Of a DNA stretch of 64,000 nt, positions 60,343 through 64,000 are shown in pieces. This DNA is from an uncultured Gemmatimonadaceae bacterium (GTDB lineage Bacteria; Gemmatimonadota; Gemmatimonadetes; Gemmatimonadales; Gemmatimonadaceae), in NCBI GenBank assembly GCA_963843845.1, contig CAWJMB010000001.1:1-64000 (forward strand). The letters are read 5' to 3'. Under the pieces are notes generated by a model. The model was not told the origin of the DNA, searched no databases, and saw only the letters and a program-made list of their open reading frames with translations. Made by a program: the position numbers and the translations under genes. The stretch's first letter is position 1. Each line of letters starts with the position of its first letter.

Positions 60343-61159
60343 CTAGCGATTCGCCGAGCCCGGCTCCGCCATCTTGCGGTGCTGCTCGGCCTTGATCGGC
60401 TCGGGCGTCACCTGCGCGAGCACGGCCTGCACCTTGTTCGCGAAGCCGGAGACGACGTGATCCTTGCCCGCCATCATGGCGTCGAAGCCGTCGCGTGCGA
60501 CGTCGGCCGGGTTCGCCTTGTCCGACTGCCCCACCTTCGTGTCGTCGAGGTCCGCGCGGTGGAAGAACTCCGTCTCCGTCGGCCCGGGCTGCAGCGCGGT
60601 GACGGTGACGCCGGTGTCTTTCAGCTCGTTGCGGAGCGCCTCCGAGAACGAGTGCACGAACGCCTTCGACGCGTTGTAGACCGCCTGGAACGCGCCGGGA
60701 ACGAGCGCGGCGATCGACGAGGTGAACAGGATCTTCCCCTCGCCGCGCGCGATCATCGGCGGCAGCAGACGGTGCGTGAGGTGCACCGTGCCGCGCACGT
60801 TGAGGTCGATGACCTCGAAGATCCGGTCGAGCTCCTGGTCGACGAACGCCTTGCCGAGCCCGACGCCGGCGTTGAGCGCGGCGGCATCGAGCTGACGACC
60901 GTCGGCCGCCGAAGCGCGCGGCGAGCCGCTCGACGCCGTCCGCCGTGGTGAGGTCGACCTGCACCGGCTCGACCGAGATGCCTAACGCGCTCAGCTCGGT
61001 CGCCGCGCGATGGATGTCGTCGTCCTCCGCGGCGATGACGAGGTCGAATCCGTTGCGCGCGAAGACGACGGCCAGCTCGCGGCCGATGCCGTGCGAGGCG
61101 CCGGTGATCAGCGCCAGCTTGCGCCCGCCGGTGTCCTGCTGCGTTCCCTGCTCTGCCAT
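60343..61159 (-). CDS. SDR family oxidoreductase, frameshift near 60895
   Basis: [16 protein letters not shown] and PGPTET.FF motifs. Confidence 0.9.
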
Positions 61160-61249
61160 GTCCGAGTCCTCGATACGGGAGACCGCGGCCGCAGTGAAGG
61201 AGTCGTGCCGGCGCGGCGCCGCGGCGCGAAATTGCTTTCATTACGGCGC

Positions 61250-62423
61250 ATGTCTCTGACACGACCCCTGCGGTACGCGATGATCGGCGGCGGTCCGGGC
61301 GCGTTCATCGGCGCCGTGCACCGCCGCGCCGCCGCGCTCGACGGACTCGCGACGCTCGTCGCCGGCGTGTTCTCCTCGCACCTCGATCGGTCACGCGCGC
61401 ACGCCGCCACGCTCGGCGTCCCCCCGGAGCGCGTCTACGCGACCTTCGAGCGAGATGGCCGAGCGCGAGGCCGCGTTGCCGTCGGGCGAACGCATCGACC
61501 TCGTCGTCGTCGTCACGCCGAACCACCTGCACCACGCGGCGGCGCTCCCGTTCGTGGAGCGCGGGTTCCACGTGGTCTGCGACAAGCCGCTCGCGACGAC
61601 GCTGGCCGACGCCGAGTCGCTCTGTCGCCTCGCGGCCGAGCGCGGCGTCGTGTTCGCCGTCACGCACGCGTACACCGGCTACCCGATGGTCAAGCAGGCG
61701 CGCGCGCTCGTCGAGGGCGGCACGTTAGGCACGGTGCGCAAGGTCGTCGCCGAGTACTCGCAGGGGTGGCTCGCGACCGCCGTCGAGCGCACCGGCGTTC
61801 GGCAGGCCGAGTGGCGCACCGACCCGGCCCGCGCGGGGGCGGGCGCGCTCGGCGACATCGGCACGCACGCCGAGCACCTCGCGCGCTACGTGACCGGGTT
61901 GACCCTCGCGCGGCTCCACGCCGACGTCAGCACGTTCGTTCCCGGCCGCCGCGTCGACGACGACGCGAACATCCTCGTGCACTACGACGGCGGCGCGAAG
62001 GGAGTGGTGTCGTGCTCGCAGATCGCGACGGGCGAGGAGAACCGCCTCACGCTGCGCGTGCACGGCACCGACGGCTCGCTCGAATGGGCGCACGACTCGC
62101 CGAACGTGCTCACCGTGCGGCGCGCCGACGCGCCGGCGGCGGTCTACACGCCCGGCCACCCCTTTCTCGCGCCTGCCGCGCGGCGTGCGGCGCGCATGCC
62201 GAGCGGCCACCCGGAAGGGCTGCTCGAGGCGTTCGCGAACGTGTACGGCAACGCGCTCCGCACCATCGCCGCGCGCATCGCCGGCGAGCCGCCCGACCTC
62301 CTCGACCTCGACTTCCCGACCGTGTACGACGGCGCGCTCGGCGTGCACTTCATCGCGCGCGCGCTCGAGAGCGGACGCACCGGCGCGTGGGTCGACGCGC
62401 GCTACACGCCGCCAGGCTCCTGA
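61250..62423 (+). CDS. Gfo/Idh/MocA family oxidoreductase, frameshift near 61450
   Basis: [33 protein letters not shown] and GHPEG motifs. Confidence 0.92.
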
Positions 62424-62446
62424 CGATCCCGATCTCGACCACACCC

Positions 62447-63518
62447 ATGTCCCGTCCAGTCACGCTCTTCACCGGCCAGTGGGCCGACATGCCGCTCGAG
62501 ACGCTCGCCGCGAAGGCCGCGAGCTGGGGCTACGACGGCCTCGAGCTCGCCTGCTGGGGCGACCACTTCGACGTCCGCCGCGCGCTCGCCGAGGACGACT
62601 ACTGCGCGGAGCGGCGCGGCGCTGCTCGCGCGCGCACGGCCTCACGGTCCACGCGATCAGCAATCACCTCGTCGGGCAGGCCGTCTGCGACCGCATCGAC
62701 GCGCGGCACCAGAGCGATCGTCCCGCCGCACGTCTGGGGCGACGGCGATGCCGCACGGCGTGCGCGGCGCGCGCCGCGATCGAGATGCAGGACACCGCGC
62801 GCGCCGCCGCGCGGCTCGGCGTCACGGTCGTGCCCGGGTTCACGGGGTCGCCGATCTGGCATCTGCTCTACGCGTTCCCGCCGGTGCGCCGAGGCGATGA
62901 TCGACGCGGGCTTCGCCGACTTCGGCGCGCGCTGGCGCCCGATCCTCGACACGTTCGCCGAGCAGGGCGTGCGCTTCGCCCTCGAGGTCCACCCCACCGA
63001 GATCGCGTTCGACCTCCCCTCGGCGGCGCGCACGCTCGACGCGGTCGGGGGCCACGCGGCGTTCGGCTTCAACTTCGACCCGAGCCACTTCGCCTATCAG
63101 GGCGTCGACTACATCGCCTTCATCGAGCGTTTCGGCGACCGCATCTTCCACGCGCACATGAAGGACGTGTGGTGGTCCGACGCCGCCGCGCCCGAGCGGC
63201 GTGTTCGGCGGGCACCTCGCGTTCGGCCACCGCGACCGCTCCTGGGACTTCCGATCGCTTCGGCAGCGGACGCGTCGACTTCGAAGGGGTGATCCGCGCG
63301 CTGAACCGCGTCGGCTACGCGGGGCCCGCTGTCGGTCGAGTGGGAGGACCCGGGGATGGACCGCGAGGCAGGCGCGCGCGAGGCGCAGCGCGTTCGTGCG
63401 GCGTCTCGACTTCGCGCCGAGCGGTGCGGCGTTCGACTCGGCGTTCGACTCGTCGTCCGACTCGGCGTCCGGGCCGCGCGCCGTCGCGCCGCGCGGCGCG
63501 ACGCCAGGCGGCGCGTGA
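62447..63518 (+). CDS. Sugar phosphate isomerase/epimerase family TIM-barrel protein, several frameshifts
   Basis: [38 protein letters not shown] and SVEWED motifs. Confidence 0.9.
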
Positions 63519-63520
63519 CG

Positions 63521-64000
63521 ATGTCCGACGCCGACGCGCCCCTCGGCGACGTCGAGGTCCGCGTCCTCGGCGCGTTGATCGAGAAGGCGCACACGACGCC
63601 CGACAGCTACCCGCTGTCGCTCAACGCGCTGACGAACGCGTGCAACCAGTCGTCGAACCGCGACCCGATCATGTCGCTCGACGAGTCGGCCGTGTCCACC
63701 GCCGCCCACGCCCTGCGCGGCCGCGCGCTCGTCCGACCGATCATCCACAGCGGCGGACGGGTCACGAAATACGCGCAGCGCATGGACGAGGCGCTCGGGC
63801 TCGTGCGGCGGCAGGTCGCGGTGCTGTGCGTGCTCATGCTGCGCGGCCCGCAGACGATCGCCGAGCTCCGCACGCGCACGCAGCGCCTGCACGATTTCGC
63901 CGACCTCGACGAAGTCGAGTCGACGCTCGGCGGCCTCGCCGAGCGCGACCCGCCGCTGGTCGCGCGCCTGCCGCGTCGCACGGGACAGAAGGAAGCGCGG
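63521..64000 (+). CDS. YceH (DUF480) family protein, runs off the window end
   Basis: EVRVLGALIEK..TTPDSYPLSLNAL..ACNQ..NRDP.M and LMLRGPQT..EL motifs. Confidence 0.9.
   Translation, partial: MSDADAPLGDVEVRVLGALIEKAHTTPDSYPLSLNALTNACNQSSNRDPIMSLDESAVSTAAHALRGRALVRPIIHSGGRVTKYAQRMDEALGLVRRQVAVLCVLMLRGPQTIAELRTRTQRLHDFADLDEVESTLGGLAERDPPLVARLPRRTGQKEAR

Larger units (their letters stand above)
8589..61730. repeat. Dispersed motif (C)GTTAGGC, 19 copies found by eye
   Basis: Plus-strand copies at 12596, 13472, 14156, 14846, 22244, 33781, 59405, 61723; minus-strand copies (GCCTAACG) at 8589, 9543, 16237, 17670, 42723, 43514, 46785, 48197, 54975, 55397, 60980. Confidence 0.9.

Noticed and set aside
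8589..61730. GTTAGGC copies as integron attC sites
   Set aside because: They lie inside ordinary genes. I saw no inverse-core/core pairs enclosing a short hairpin, no cassette array and no intI gene.
8589..61730. TTAGGC as a nematode-type telomeric repeat or contamination
   Set aside because: Copies are single, never tandem, and in frame within bacterial genes.
8589..61730. bldA-like TTA codon regulation as the sole explanation of the motif
   Set aside because: It does not explain the fixed flanking bases or the two copies not read as TTA (54975, 55397). It is not fully excluded.
2233..63292. Many very long Arg/Ala/Pro-rich ORFs (e.g. 2233-5478, 11925-15215, 54637-57720)
   Set aside because: Shadow frames expected at this GC content; they overlap recognisable genes and lack motifs.
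19861..63518. Programmed frameshifting or mass pseudogenisation in about eleven frameshifted genes
   Set aside because: Indels cluster (24.7-26.3, 53.9-55 and 60.9-63.4 kb), some sit in G/C runs, and motifs are intact on both sides. Long-read consensus error is more likely; read data are needed to confirm.

Overview
Very GC-rich (about 75% by eye) bacterial chromosomal segment from a diderm organism. PEP-CTERM, TonB receptor, heptose epimerase, PadR/ADOP permeases and many secreted hydrolases point to Gemmatimonadota; this is an inference. About 60 genes are recognisable. They include a RES-Xre toxin-antitoxin pair beside an integrase remnant, secreted peptidases and amidases, a PadR-ADOP permease module with a palindromic operator, an operon with three unrecognised envelope proteins, and a PIG-L/acyl-CoA dehydrogenase/NodS-methyltransferase/GT2 cluster. 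Further right are a ribose-type ABC operon, a 13-gene corrinoid uptake and salvage operon under a cobalamin riboswitch with a detached cobQ, an ECF sigma/anti-sigma unit and sugar oxidoreductases. Many genes carry frameshifts, probably long-read consensus errors, and several intergenic spaces hold eroded gene remnants. The most striking unexplained signal is a dispersed motif, (C)GTTAGGC. I found 19 copies, always on the sense strand, and they account for every in-frame TTA codon I found; about 15 copies of the variant (C)GTTGGGC also occur. No rRNA, tRNA, CRISPR array or intact mobile element was seen.
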